Origin: an uncultured cyanobacterium
GTDB lineage: Bacteria; Cyanobacteriota; Cyanobacteriia; Phormidesmidales; Phormidesmidaceae
Assembly: GCA_963793265.1 (NCBI GenBank)
Contig: CAWBZI010000001.1
Span: forward strand, 672,001 to 736,000
Length of the DNA: 64,000 bases
Reading direction: 5' to 3'
Made by a program: the position numbers and the translations under genes. The notes beneath the pieces were generated by a model, which searched no databases, was not told where the DNA came from, and worked only from the letters and a program-made list of their open reading frames with translations. Of this stretch, positions 19,808 to 30,047 are shown in pieces. Numbering within the stretch: position 1 is the stretch's first letter; every line of letters starts with the position of its first letter.

Positions 19808-20076
19808 AGGCTTTGCCAGGGGCGATCGCTAAAAAGTAAATAAACCAAAAGGTACGTTAAAAAAACTTAGCTACGAAGGCTCAGCAGCGTAGCTCTGGTA
19901 CTGTTGCAATATGGTAGTTTCTCAAAACGCCATTGCATGAAGTGTCACAGCTTTCGCAACCAGAGCAGAGCCCGTGAAGCTACGATCTAACTATAAATAC
20001 GCGGCTGTTAATTAGCCAGACACCTTTACAAGTCGTTTGCGCTATCAGCAGCTTTTTACCCTTCCTGAAACTCACT

Positions 20077-20490
20077 ATGCGACGCCTACCTGCTTTACTT
20101 TTAGCTTCAGTCGCTGCTCTATCTGTCGGTTCTATCGGCTCTACAGCATCGGCACAGTCCATTGCCCGCACACCATTAGCTGCGCCCATTGAGCTAACTG
20201 GGCGTACAGGCGGAAACCAAAATTCGACCTGCGGAAACATTAACCCGTCTGCGGGCCAAACTGTTAGCGTCACTGAAATGTTCGCCTCCCTGAGTTTTGA
20301 AGTAGAAAGCCAGGGCGACTACACATTGCTGATCACCGGCCCGAATGGCTTTAGTGAGTGCGTGTTTGCACACAACTACGATGGCGGTGTAATTCAAGCG
20401 CCAGGGCTGCTTAACCAGGGTGAGTATCGGGTGTTTGTGGGCGATCGCAAAGGCGAAAGCCACCCTTACACACTCTCTATTAGCCAATAG
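20077..20490 (+). CDS. Small exported beta-sandwich protein (PPC-like)
   Basis: Signal peptide, Cys pair, 'DYTLLITGP', 'GEYRVFVG', 'YTLSISQ'. Confidence 0.65.
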   Translation: MRRLPALLLASVAALSVGSIGSTASAQSIARTPLAAPIELTGRTGGNQNSTCGNINPSAGQTVSVTEMFASLSFEVESQGDYTLLITGPNGFSECVFAHNYDGGVIQAPGLLNQGEYRVFVGDRKGESHPYTLSISQ

Positions 20491-20529
20491 TTTCATCGAT
20501 CAACGGTCACTGCGCTAAAACAAACCACG

Positions 20530-20568
20530 AAAAAGGACGCTCGAACTACATCAGGCGTCCTTTTTTTT
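20530..20568. terminator. Bidirectional intrinsic terminator
   Basis: AAAAAGGACGC...GCGTCCTTTTTTTT between convergent genes. Confidence 0.8.
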
Positions 20569-20596
20569 ATTTTGAGTATGTGATAAAAGACCAGCG

Positions 20597-21343
20597 CTAA
20601 AGCCCTCCGGTCACATCAATGAATGAACCTGTCGTATACGAAGCCTCGTCCGACAGCAGCCAAAGCACCGCGCGAGCCACTTCTTCAGCCTCACCGCCGC
20701 GCTGCATCGGCACCTTATACTTAACGCGATTCACCCGGTTCGGCTCGCCGCCGCTCGCATGAATATCTGTGTAAATCATGCTTGGACGAACTGCATTCAC
20801 CCGAATTCCTTCAGTGGCGACTTCTCTAGCTAGCCCTACTGTCATCGTATCGATTGCACCTTTAGAAGCAGCGTAATCTACATATTCACTAGGCGAACCC
20901 GAACGAGCCGCGCCAGAAGAAACATTAACAATCGCGCCACCTTTCCCACCGTGTATCGTAGACATCCGTTTGACTGCTTCTTTCGCGCACAAAAAGCTAC
21001 CCGTGATATTCGCTGCAAACACTCGGTTTAAGCGGACGGCATCCATGTTCTCCACACGCATCTGCGGCTCTAAAATACCTGCGTTGTTTACCAATGCTGT
21101 TACCGCGCCTAATTGTTCGTCTACCTGACTGAACAGATGGTGCACGTCTGCTTCTGAAGCGATATCGGCAGCGATCACAATTACCTTCCGCCCGCTCTGC
21201 CGAATAGAGTCAGCAACACCCTCAGCCGCCTCTCGATTACGGCGATAGCTAACACAAACATCGTAGCCTCTCGCCGCAGCCAAACGAGCCGTCGCCGCAC
21301 CGATACCGCGCCCGCCCCCAGTCACGATCATTACCCGATCCAT
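20597..21343 (-). CDS. Short-chain dehydrogenase/reductase (YgfF-like)
   Basis: TGGGRGIG, NNAG, YAASK. Confidence 0.92.
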   Translation of the reverse strand: MDRVMIVTGGGRGIGAATARLAAARGYDVCVSYRRNREAAEGVADSIRQSGRKVIVIAADIASEADVHHLFSQVDEQLGAVTALVNNAGILEPQMRVENMDAVRLNRVFAANITGSFLCAKEAVKRMSTIHGGKGGAIVNVSSGAARSGSPSEYVDYAASKGAIDTMTVGLAREVATEGIRVNAVRPSMIYTDIHASGGEPNRVNRVKYKVPMQRGGEAEEVARAVLWLLSDEASYTTGSFIDVTGGL

Positions 21344-21365
21344 TACCGACAGCTCCTTTGCAAGA

Positions 21366-21818
21366 TCACCTGTCAGCGTCAGGCAATCTCTGCACTTCTA
21401 CATCAATCGTCGTCGCTGAGGTATCGCCAAGTTCTACCGGTGTACTCTGCACATTCGATGCCTGCACATCCACCGCCTGAATATCAATCACCCCTTCAGG
21501 GGCCGACCGCTCAAATCCATCGCCCGTCACCGCCAGCTCTGTACCGCAATTAGGACAAGGCATCTTTGAATTTTTCAGGCCCGCCAGCGTCTGAGAACAA
21601 ACCGGACAGCTCCCGTTAACCAAGTTGCGCTTTACCCAAAACTGAAGGGCAAAAAAGGCTAGGACAGGTGCGAGTACTACAAACAGCACAATCGCGAAAA
21701 CTGACTTAATCAGGCCGCCAATACCGATCGCCCCAATCAGCCAGAATGCACCCAGAACAAACAGCCAGCAGCCCAAACCGGGAAATCGAACCTGTAGCTG
21801 ATTAAAATTTTGATTCAC
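21366..21818 (-). CDS. Conserved cyanobacterial membrane protein with a CxxC zinc ribbon
   Basis: TM segment, then 'CPVC...CPNCG' and 'GVIDIQAVDV'. Confidence 0.7.
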   Translation of the reverse strand: MNQNFNQLQVRFPGLGCWLFVLGAFWLIGAIGIGGLIKSVFAIVLFVVLAPVLAFFALQFWVKRNLVNGSCPVCSQTLAGLKNSKMPCPNCGTELAVTGDGFERSAPEGVIDIQAVDVQASNVQSTPVELGDTSATTIDVEVQRLPDADR

Positions 21819-21924
21819 GGTTGTCGTACCTCACCAGTGAGGAAAATTACTTCGATGTATACACCCCATCGTAGTGCTAAGCACAACCAGCGCAAAGCTG
21901 GCAAACCGTACCAATCTTGCCAAA

Positions 21925-23043
21925 CTAGCCAACCTCTAGCAGTTCGCCCAGCCGACTTACCAATGCTGGAGCGCTAAAGTTTGCTAGGCTCTCTTGCCGC
22001 AGCCACAGCCCATCGCATCGCTGATCCTTACCGCTCAACGCTTCAATACAAGCCGCTGCCACTGCTTCAGAATCTCGATAAGGCACCTGCCAACCAACGC
22101 GTCCATCTTGCAGCGGATCGGCTGAGCCATCATCATCACCAGCAACCACAGGAATACCGCAGGCCATTGCTTCTAAATAAACAATGCCAAAGCCTTCCTT
22201 AGAAGGCATCACGTACACGTCAGCCATTCGGTAGTGGTCTATCAGCTCATCGTCTGGCACAAAGCCCGCAAAAACAACGCGATCAGCAACGCCCAGATCA
22301 GCTGCTAGCTTCGCCAAACGCGGCTGGTCGTCGCCTCGTCCAATCACCACATATTTCACATTAGGAAAGGCAGCAGCAATTTTAGGCAGGGCGCGAATTG
22401 TGACATCAACGCCCTTATAAATGTCACCGGGCCAAAGGCGAGCGACCGTTGTTAAGACGCGCGAGTCTTGTAGTTGATAGCGCTCTACTAAAGCCTCTGG
22501 CGCGGCTCCTGGCGTAAAGATGCTGCCATCGACGACACAGGGAAGCATGTCAAATTTTTCTTTGGGCACATGATTAGCCTGATGGGCTAAGTCCCGGCTA
22601 TAGCGGCTGATTGTCCACACGCGGTCAGCCATAGACAGCGCTTTTTGGTCTTTATCGGGTAGCTCGTACCAAACCTCCTTGCCGTAGGTCAGTAGGGTAT
22701 AAGGAATTCTGAGCGCGCGGCACAGCGGGCCGACCATCGGCGCTAGGTTGATATGGCCGCAAAAAACCCGCTCGGGCCGGTAGCGAATGAGATAAGTCAG
22801 CAGTGATAGGGTTAGCTGAACCCGGCCTGTCATCGGGCGATCGCTCTGGAAGTAATGATAGCTAAGACTGCCGCCCTGCAAGGAATGCGGCATCTCAGGA
22901 TCCCTGAGCAAAAACACATCCGCCCTCATGCCCTTATCACTCTGGCGCGCAAGCTGATCGTAAGCGCCCAAAATATCTTTTATATAAGATTGAATTCCAC
23001 CTTCGCAGCCAAACACCTCCAAAAATACAAACACATGTCTCAT
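21925..23043 (-). CDS. Glycosyltransferase family 4
   Basis: 'YKGVD', 'EGFGIVYLEAMACG'. Confidence 0.9.
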   Translation of the reverse strand: MRHVFVFLEVFGCEGGIQSYIKDILGAYDQLARQSDKGMRADVFLLRDPEMPHSLQGGSLSYHYFQSDRPMTGRVQLTLSLLTYLIRYRPERVFCGHINLAPMVGPLCRALRIPYTLLTYGKEVWYELPDKDQKALSMADRVWTISRYSRDLAHQANHVPKEKFDMLPCVVDGSIFTPGAAPEALVERYQLQDSRVLTTVARLWPGDIYKGVDVTIRALPKIAAAFPNVKYVVIGRGDDQPRLAKLAADLGVADRVVFAGFVPDDELIDHYRMADVYVMPSKEGFGIVYLEAMACGIPVVAGDDDGSADPLQDGRVGWQVPYRDSEAVAAACIEALSGKDQRCDGLWLRQESLANFSAPALVSRLGELLEVG

Positions 23044-23044
23044 C

Positions 23045-24034
23045 CTACTTAGCTCCTACAGGGGCAACGGTTCCAGCCTTTAAACGCGCCAGATCCGCCT
23101 GCACCATTTTAGCTACCAATGCCTCGAAACTAACCTGAGGCTCCCAGCCTAAATTCTGCTTAGCCTTCGTTGGATCGGCCACAAGCTGAAAGTGCTCATC
23201 CTCCCGAATCAGTCCCGGATCGACTTCCGCATACTTCTGCCAGTCCAAATCAACGCAGTCAAAGGCAGCAGCCACCAAATCTCGAACCGTATGCAATACG
23301 CCCGTACCAATCACGTAGTCTTCAGCCTGCTCAGCTTGGAGCATTCGCCACATAGCCTCCACATGATCGCCTGCAAACCCCCAGTCCCGTTTGGCGTCTA
23401 AGTTACCGATTGAGAGGCGATCGCTCAACCCTAATTTGATAGAGGCTGCTGCCAAGGAAATCTTACGGGTGACAAACTGCGGCGGACGGCGCGGCGACTC
23501 GTGGTTGAATAAAATGCCGCTACAGGCAAATAGATTGTAGCGATCGCGATGATGAACCATTGTCCAGTGGGCATGTAGCTTTGCAGCGCCATAAGGATTC
23601 TTGGGTCGAAATGGCGTTTCAGATGTCTGTGGAGCAGATTGAACATCGCCAAAGATCTCTGAAGAACTCGCCTGATAGAACCGAGTCGGCAGTCCTAACT
23701 GCCGCGTGGCACTCAACAGCCGAGTCGCCGTACCTGTGACTAAATCAAGCGTACCGAGCGGATCTTCCCAGGAAGCAGGCACAAAACTAGGCGCAGCTAA
23801 GTTGTAAATCTCAGTCGGCTGTAACTGCTTTACCGCCTTAGTGAGCGCCGCCGCATCGGTCAAATTCACTGCATAGATCTCAACCTGATCGGCTAGATCA
23901 TCCAGTTTTGCAACGCTACTTTGCCGTGCAGGCGGCACCAGTCCGACAACGCGGTAGCCCTTACCCAACATCAACCGGCTCAGGTAGTAGCCATCCTGCC
24001 CCGTTATCCCCGTGATCAGTGCAGTTTTCGTCAT
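23045..24034 (-). CDS. gmd: GDP-mannose 4,6-dehydratase
   Basis: 'ALITGITGQDG', 'FYQASSSE', 'YGAAK', 'LFNHESPRR', 'RDWG'. Confidence 0.92.
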   Translation of the reverse strand: MTKTALITGITGQDGYYLSRLMLGKGYRVVGLVPPARQSSVAKLDDLADQVEIYAVNLTDAAALTKAVKQLQPTEIYNLAAPSFVPASWEDPLGTLDLVTGTATRLLSATRQLGLPTRFYQASSSEIFGDVQSAPQTSETPFRPKNPYGAAKLHAHWTMVHHRDRYNLFACSGILFNHESPRRPPQFVTRKISLAAASIKLGLSDRLSIGNLDAKRDWGFAGDHVEAMWRMLQAEQAEDYVIGTGVLHTVRDLVAAAFDCVDLDWQKYAEVDPGLIREDEHFQLVADPTKAKQNLGWEPQVSFEALVAKMVQADLARLKAGTVAPVGAK

Positions 24035-24146
24035 AGGCTTTTTAAATAGTCAGGCGTACGGAACCAAAAGTAGAGCAATCTCAATCGGCCTCAAGGTTCC
24101 ATTTAATACTGTGCGGCAGGCGATCGCGACACCGCAACCCTATAGT

Positions 24147-24647
24147 TCACACAATCTTTGACGTTTTTACAATTCTCAGGCGGTTGCGCTGAACTTGGGA
24201 ACGCGCTTGCGATCGCTCTATCTGCTCTGGCGTGTTCTGGTCTATTGCCGTCTGCTCAGAATCATAGGTAACCTGATCGGCTAGTCTACGCAGCAAAAAC
24301 CAGCCATAGCCCCCCTCTCTTAATGATCCAGGTTCCGGTTCATTGAGACTTTCAGGGTCAAAAGGAGGCCCCTGATCCAAAATATGAATTTCAATAATAT
24401 TAGCGTTAGACTTGCCAAGCTGAACCCAAAGCTCCACCTCAATCGGCGTACTGCTAGGAAGCTCGGCATGTGCGTGTCGAACAGCATTGGTAAAGCCTTC
24501 AGCCAGCGCCAGGTTCAACTTATCAAACTGACGATTGAGCGAAGGATACTCTGCTGCTAAGTCATTGTATAGAGCTTGAAACCACTTCTGTACAGTTGAT
24601 AGCTCTTCTAAATGGCTGCTGACCGATAGACGAGCCTGTTTATGCAT
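24147..24647 (-). CDS. Anti-sigma factor / RsbW-like HATPase_c protein
   Basis: 'LALAEGFTNAVRHAH', 'DQGPPFD', 'EGGYGWFL'. Confidence 0.85.
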   Translation of the reverse strand: MHKQARLSVSSHLEELSTVQKWFQALYNDLAAEYPSLNRQFDKLNLALAEGFTNAVRHAHAELPSSTPIEVELWVQLGKSNANIIEIHILDQGPPFDPESLNEPEPGSLREGGYGWFLLRRLADQVTYDSEQTAIDQNTPEQIERSQARSQVQRNRLRIVKTSKIV

Positions 24648-24747
24648 CTTTCTAAATTCAGCGCTCCTTGTACGTTTCACCTTAACTAGATAATGTCGAA
24701 TTTGTAGTTGTGCTTCATTAAAGCAACCTTAGCAGTCATTCAATATG

Positions 24748-24783
24748 AAAATCGCCCAGATTCCGAAGAGTCTGAGCGATTTT
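24748..24783 (-). terminator. Terminator after petD
   Basis: AAAATCGCCCAGA...TCTGAGCGATTTT. Confidence 0.7.
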
Positions 24784-24840
24784 GAGCTTTAGAAAGGCAT
24801 ACATACCTTACAAAAGAAGAAGTCTAATGCTTCCGTACGC

Positions 24841-25323
24841 TTAGAAAAGACCCAGCGTCAAAGAAGTGTCGATCGGGAACGTAGCGCCAATACCCAGCCA
24901 TAGCGTTGCAAATGTACCAAACAGGAACACAGCCGTTGCAATAGGGCGACGGAATGGGTTTTGGAACTTGTTGACGTTCTCAATGAAGGGAACAAGGATC
25001 AGGCCCAAAGGAATAGCCGTCATTGCTGCAATCCCTAGCAGCTTGTTAGGCAGTACGCGCAGCATTTGGAACGTTGGGTACAGGTACCACTCAGGCAAAA
25101 TTTCCAGCGGCGTTGCAAATGGGTTTGCAGGCTCGCCAACCAAAGCAGGATCAAGAACTGCTAGACCTACGCAGCAGGCAATCGTACCCATGATTACGAT
25201 TGGGAAAACGTAGAGAAGGTCGTTAGGCCAAGCGGGCTCACCGTAGTAGTTGTGACCCATGCCCTTCTTGAGCTTCTCTCTGAGCATAGGATCGGTTAGA
25301 TCTGGCTTCTTGAGAATTGACAT
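24841..25323 (-). CDS. petD: Cytochrome b6f subunit IV
   Basis: '[16 protein letters not shown]', 'PEWY'. Confidence 0.98.
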   Translation of the reverse strand: MSILKKPDLTDPMLREKLKKGMGHNYYGEPAWPNDLLYVFPIVIMGTIACCVGLAVLDPALVGEPANPFATPLEILPEWYLYPTFQMLRVLPNKLLGIAAMTAIPLGLILVPFIENVNKFQNPFRRPIATAVFLFGTFATLWLGIGATFPIDTSLTLGLF

Positions 25324-25491
25324 CGATATACTTCCTAAAAATTAATGACACCAACAGCTAGTACTTAGTTTAGCCTGAGCCGTTACACCTCTAACACCTT
25401 CATAGGAAAGATTAACTGCATAACGGCCCTGGCTTATACCGAGTAGTCGCGAGCGCTGGCAACACGCGACTCAAATCTTCAAATCGCGCCT

Positions 25492-26160
25492 TTACAAGGG
25501 GCCAGAGATGCCCTGCTTGCGAATCATAATGAAGTGCAAAAGCATGAAGACGGCGATGAACCATGGCAATACGAACGTATGCAGGCTGTAGAAACGAGTA
25601 AGCGTTGCTTGACCTACACTCTCGCTACCACGCATCAGCTCAACAATGGTGCTGCCGACAACCGGAATGGCGCTAGGCACACCCGATACAATCTTCACAG
25701 CCCAGTAGCCAACCTGATCCCAAGGGAGAGAGTAGCCAGTCACGCCGAAAGAAACGGTGATAACCGCGAGGATTACGCCCGTGACCCAAGTTAGCTCACG
25801 GGGCTTTTTGAAGCCGCCTGTGAGGTACACGCGGAACACGTGCAGGATCATCACAAGCACCATCATGCTGGCGCTCCAGCGGTGAACAGAGCGAATGAGC
25901 CAGCCGAAGTTTACATCGGTCATGAGGTACTGCACGGAAGCAAATGCGTCCGTTACAGTAGGCCGATAGTAAAAGGTCATCGCAAAGCCAGTGGCAAATT
26001 GGATGATGAAGCAGACGAGGGTGATCCCTCCCAAGCAGTAGAAGATGTTGACGTGGGGCGGAACGTATTTGCTAGAAATATCGTCGGCCAGCGCCTGGAT
26101 TTCTAGCCGCTCATCGAACCACTGATAGGTTTTGGAGTCGGTGACTTGCTTAGTAAACAT
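25492..26160 (-). CDS. petB: Cytochrome b6
   Basis: [10 protein letters not shown]...[15 protein letters not shown]...HRWSASMM...KQGISGPL; start ATG at 26160. Confidence 0.98.
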   Translation of the reverse strand: MFTKQVTDSKTYQWFDERLEIQALADDISSKYVPPHVNIFYCLGGITLVCFIIQFATGFAMTFYYRPTVTDAFASVQYLMTDVNFGWLIRSVHRWSASMMVLVMILHVFRVYLTGGFKKPRELTWVTGVILAVITVSFGVTGYSLPWDQVGYWAVKIVSGVPSAIPVVGSTIVELMRGSESVGQATLTRFYSLHTFVLPWFIAVFMLLHFIMIRKQGISGPL

Positions 26161-26573
26161 GAAGCAAAAATTTATGTCTGAAGGGTTTGTACCAATACTA
26201 AAAAATGTAACACAGTCAAAGGGTTCCAACCCAGTAAGCGCGGCAATAGTTGGCGATAGACTCAGCTCTATCTGAGCGGAACCATCAATTTTTCTCTCAG
26301 GATTCCTCTCGTAATTTGCGTACTCTTGGCGCTCTCAGGGCGTTTTTGACAGACAAATCAGTATCACTCCAAACAATTTGGAAGGCAACTTTAAGAAAAA
26401 CAAATATTTCGTATACTTTACATACCTTCATAGAAGCCGTCTGACAGATAGGACGTTGGCGAGAAAGGGTGAGATATTTGCGATCGCCCAGTCACTTTCA
26501 AGTCAGGCTGTATCTTAGTAAAGAGGGCACTTTCATTAATGATGTTATTGGCTTGAGACGTTTGCTGAACTTT

Positions 26574-27915
26574 ATGAGAAGACGGATTTTTCGAGCGGTG
26601 GCGGCGGTAGGTTTGACAATCACACTTTGGAGTAGCTCACTGCTGGTAGGCTCACTCGGCCTGTCAAACGGTGTGCCAAACAGCTTACTTAGTCGTATAG
26701 ATACCGCTGGAACCGCGCTGGCCTTTACCAATCAGCAGCAGATGGTGATGGAGGTGTGGCGCATCGTTAACCGTAGCTACGTCGATGAAACGTTTAATCA
26801 TCAAAACTGGTGGTTTTTGCGGCAGAAGGTGCTGCGTAAGCAACTGCCAACCTGGGATGAGACGTACACTGCCATTCAAGAAATGCTGGCCGTGCTAGAC
26901 GACCCTTACACGCGCTTTTTACCGCCTGAGCAGTATCAAAGCTTGCAGACAAATACGAACGGTGAGCTGCTGGGCGTAGGTCTACAAATTGCTAAGAGCG
27001 AGGAAATGGCGAATCTGCGAGTGATCGCGCCCATCGAGGGATCGCCAGCGGAGGCCGCAGGCATTTTGCCTCAAGATGAAATCTTAGAGATTAACGGGAC
27101 GCCGACAAACAGTATCAGCTTGGATGAGGCCGCTGCTCGGATGCGGGGATCGATTGGTAGCCAGGTGGCTTTGAAGGTGGGCAGGGAAGGTCAGGAGCCT
27201 TTTGAAGTGAGTGTGAGACGCGATCGCATCGAAATCAATCCTGTCTCAGCCGAGCTACGCGCAGAAGCCGGTTTGCCTAAGCTAGGCTACGTGCGGCTTG
27301 GACAGTTCAACGGCAATGCCGCCGATGAGCTGAAGTCATCACTTAAAGACTTGGAGAAGCAGGGAGCTGACGCCTACATTCTGGACTTAAGAAATAACCC
27401 TGGCGGGCTGCTCAACGCGGGCATTGAGATTGCTAGGATGTGGATGGACGAAGGCACCGTAGTTTATACCGTGAACCGTCAGGGCGGGCTCGGTAACTAC
27501 GACGCTATTGGTAAGGCAATTACAGACGATCCGTTAGTTGTGCTGGTGAATAAAGGCACCGCTAGCGCCAGTGAAATCTTAGCGGGCGCTTTGCAAGATA
27601 ACGGACGGGCACAGCTCGTGGGAGAAACGACGTTTGGGAAAGGTCTAATTCAGTCGTCTGTTCGATTTGCCTAATGGAGCGGGGCTAGCGGTAACCATCG
27701 CTAAATACGAGACGCCGAATCATCACGACATTAATAAGCTCGGTATTACGCCTGATGAAACGGTAGAGACTTCTGTGGAGCTGCGAAAGCAGTTTGGCAC
27801 GGAGGAGGATGCGCAGTATAGAGCAGCGATCGCCCTACTCTCAAAGTCGTTTGGCTTAGAGCAAACCGAGTCAGAAACACTGGCCGCAAAACCCCTAGCG
27901 GCGGCGCAGAAGTAA
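26574..27915 (+). CDS. ctpA: C-terminal processing protease CtpA (S41), split by a +1 frameshift near 27654-27657
   Basis: 'LDDPYTRFL', PDZ domain, 'LDLRNNPGG', 'TASASEI', 'TFGKGLIQS' continuing in the +1 frame as LFDLPNGAGLAVTIAKYETP; divergent from petB as is typical for ctpA. Confidence 0.9.
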
Positions 27916-27919
27916 ACCC

Positions 27920-29194
27920 GTGACCGGAACCACTCGCACCTACCACGACCCGCTCCACGGTGCGATTACGCTAAACACCGCTGACCCTGTAGAAGCGCTG
28001 CTGACGAAGCTAATAGAAACTAGCGCCTTTCAACGGCTGCGGCGAATTCGGCAGCTTGGGCCAGCGAGCCTGGTTTTTCATGGGGCAGAAATGTCTCGGT
28101 TCACCCATTCACTGGGCGTGATGGCCGTCGCGCGTAGGGCCTTTGATCGCTTGGCTAGTCTGCATCCCGAACTGCTGGAGCATCGAGCCACGGTGTTGTG
28201 TGCGGCGCTACTACACGACATTGGGCATGGGCCTTTTAGCCATACTGCCGAAGAGGTATTTGGCTCTCATCACGAAGAATGGACGATGGCGATTGTGGCG
28301 CGATCGCCCGAAGTACGCACTCTGTTAGATAGCTACCACCTCGATCTATGGCAATGGATCAGCCAGTCTTATGAGCACACCCATCCTGTACCCTGCGTGT
28401 GGCAGTTGGTGTCTAGTCAGTTGGATTGCGATCGCATCGACTACCTCATGCGAGACAGCTATTTCACAGGCGCTTCTTACGGCCAGCTCGATCTCGACCG
28501 AATTTTGCTCGCGCTCAACTACGACCCAACCAATCAACAGCTCGTCGTAGAGCGAAAAGGCTTAGCGGCAATTGAGCACTACTTAGTCGTGCGCTCATTC
28601 ATGTACGCCCAAATTTACAACCATCCGAAGAACCTCTCAGCGACCTGGGTACTAGAGCAGGTTTTTAGCCGCGCGCGCGAGCTAATGAAACGGGGCGAGC
28701 TAGAGGCCGATCCCACCGTGACCGACTGGCTACTCAAACCCATGCAAGAAATTTCTCTATCGCGATATTTAGAAAGCGACGATATCGTCTTTACCTATCA
28801 CGTGCAGCGCTGGCAGCACCACAACGACCCTACCCTGTCTGACTTTTGCAGCAGATACCTCAATCGCAGGCTGCTTAAAGCACTAGAAGTAACCTACGCA
28901 ACGCCTGATGAGCAAGAAAAATTGCTAGCGAACGTACAGCAGCAGCTAGCCGACGAAGGCGTTGAAGCCCATCGATACAGCGGCCTTCGCGACACTTGGA
29001 GTAAGGGCTATAAGATCTATCAAGAAGGCATCAAAATTAAGACCAGGCGCGGGCTGATAGAGATCAATCAGCTTTCGCCTTTAGTTCAAACACTGGCTAA
29101 GCCTGCGCAGCGAACCTGGCTAATTTATCCGAGTGAAGTCGCGGTGGAAGTGTGCCCGTTGCCTGAAGAAAGCGTGGATATGCCCGCCGATTAG
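27920..29194 (+). CDS. HD-domain phosphohydrolase (dNTPase/SAMHD1-like family)
   Basis: 'DPLHG', 'FQRLRRIRQLG', 'SRFTHSLG', 'LLHDIGHGPFSH', 'LDCDRIDYL'. Confidence 0.9.
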   Translation: MTGTTRTYHDPLHGAITLNTADPVEALLTKLIETSAFQRLRRIRQLGPASLVFHGAEMSRFTHSLGVMAVARRAFDRLASLHPELLEHRATVLCAALLHDIGHGPFSHTAEEVFGSHHEEWTMAIVARSPEVRTLLDSYHLDLWQWISQSYEHTHPVPCVWQLVSSQLDCDRIDYLMRDSYFTGASYGQLDLDRILLALNYDPTNQQLVVERKGLAAIEHYLVVRSFMYAQIYNHPKNLSATWVLEQVFSRARELMKRGELEADPTVTDWLLKPMQEISLSRYLESDDIVFTYHVQRWQHHNDPTLSDFCSRYLNRRLLKALEVTYATPDEQEKLLANVQQQLADEGVEAHRYSGLRDTWSKGYKIYQEGIKIKTRRGLIEINQLSPLVQTLAKPAQRTWLIYPSEVAVEVCPLPEESVDMPAD

Positions 29195-29198
29195 GCTT

Positions 29199-29951
29199 TT
29201 ACAATCCAGCAGAAGCCATCTTCAAAGCCTCCCAATCAACAGATTGGAGCTGGGTATAAGCTTGAGCAATCTTTTTCTCACCACGTAGAAAGCCGGTGCT
29301 AGCGCCTGGGCAAATGTAGCTGAGATTGTCAGGGGTGAAGTCGATGAGAAGCTGCTGAGCGTGGCGGAGTTGACGCGGCCAGTGGAAGGTTTTTGAAAGT
29401 CGGAGCGGAGCGGGTATGCCTTCGCGGGTGGGGAGTAGGTGACGGCCCGTGAAGAGGATGCCACCGCGGCTGCTGTGATAGAGGCAGGCGGAGCCGGGGG
29501 AGTGTCCGGGATTCCAGACGACGCGGCTGGTAGGGGAAAGCTGGTGATCGCGATGAAATGTCTCAGTTTTTACAGTGGGCAGCAAGTACGCCTCCTGCTC
29601 TTGAATGAGCACCTGGCAGTCAAATACTTTTTGAAACTCAGGCACCTGTGCCATACCGCCGCGATGCGTGATAAACAGCGTGCTGATGCCGCCGCTTGCT
29701 GTGATGAAATCTTGATGCGTTTCATTCAAGGCGGGGCAGTCCACGAGGATGTTGACGCTGTTACCTGCTGCGTCTTTTTCGCAGATGAGATAGGCCGTGC
29801 CGCCTAGCGTTTCGCGGTTTGGCGGGAAAGCAAAAATGTCAGGGGCATCACGGGAGATATCACGGGAGATATCACCGGGGATATCGCTGGGGGCATCCGC
29901 TGTCGAAGCAGATGTAAAAACAGGCTGGGGGGCTTTGGTCGAAACCGGCAT
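29199..29951 (-). CDS. Metallo-beta-lactamase-fold protein (degenerate metal motif)
   Basis: 'GGTAYLI', 'ILVDCP', 'PGHSPGS', 'ILFTG'. Confidence 0.75.
   Translation of the reverse strand: MPVSTKAPQPVFTSASTADAPSDIPGDISRDISRDAPDIFAFPPNRETLGGTAYLICEKDAAGNSVNILVDCPALNETHQDFITASGGISTLFITHRGGMAQVPEFQKVFDCQVLIQEQEAYLLPTVKTETFHRDHQLSPTSRVVWNPGHSPGSACLYHSSRGGILFTGRHLLPTREGIPAPLRLSKTFHWPRQLRHAQQLLIDFTPDNLSYICPGASTGFLRGEKKIAQAYTQLQSVDWEALKMASAGL
29847..29885. repeat. 12-bp tandem repeat, about 3 copies, inside a CDS
   Basis: ATCACGGGAGAT x2 plus ATCACCGGGGAT, encoding DIPG-DISR-DISR-D. Confidence 0.8.
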
Positions 29952-30047
29952 GGGTGAGCGCTCTAAATAAAAAGAAAAGGCTGAGTGACTGACCTACAAT
30001 GTGTCAAGTATGCAGTTATTGCAAATGCGATCGCGAGCGAAGTTTTC

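Noticed and set aside
20597..21343. SDR gene as a horizontally acquired island
   Set aside because: A single gene with no mobility signatures and no clear compositional shift
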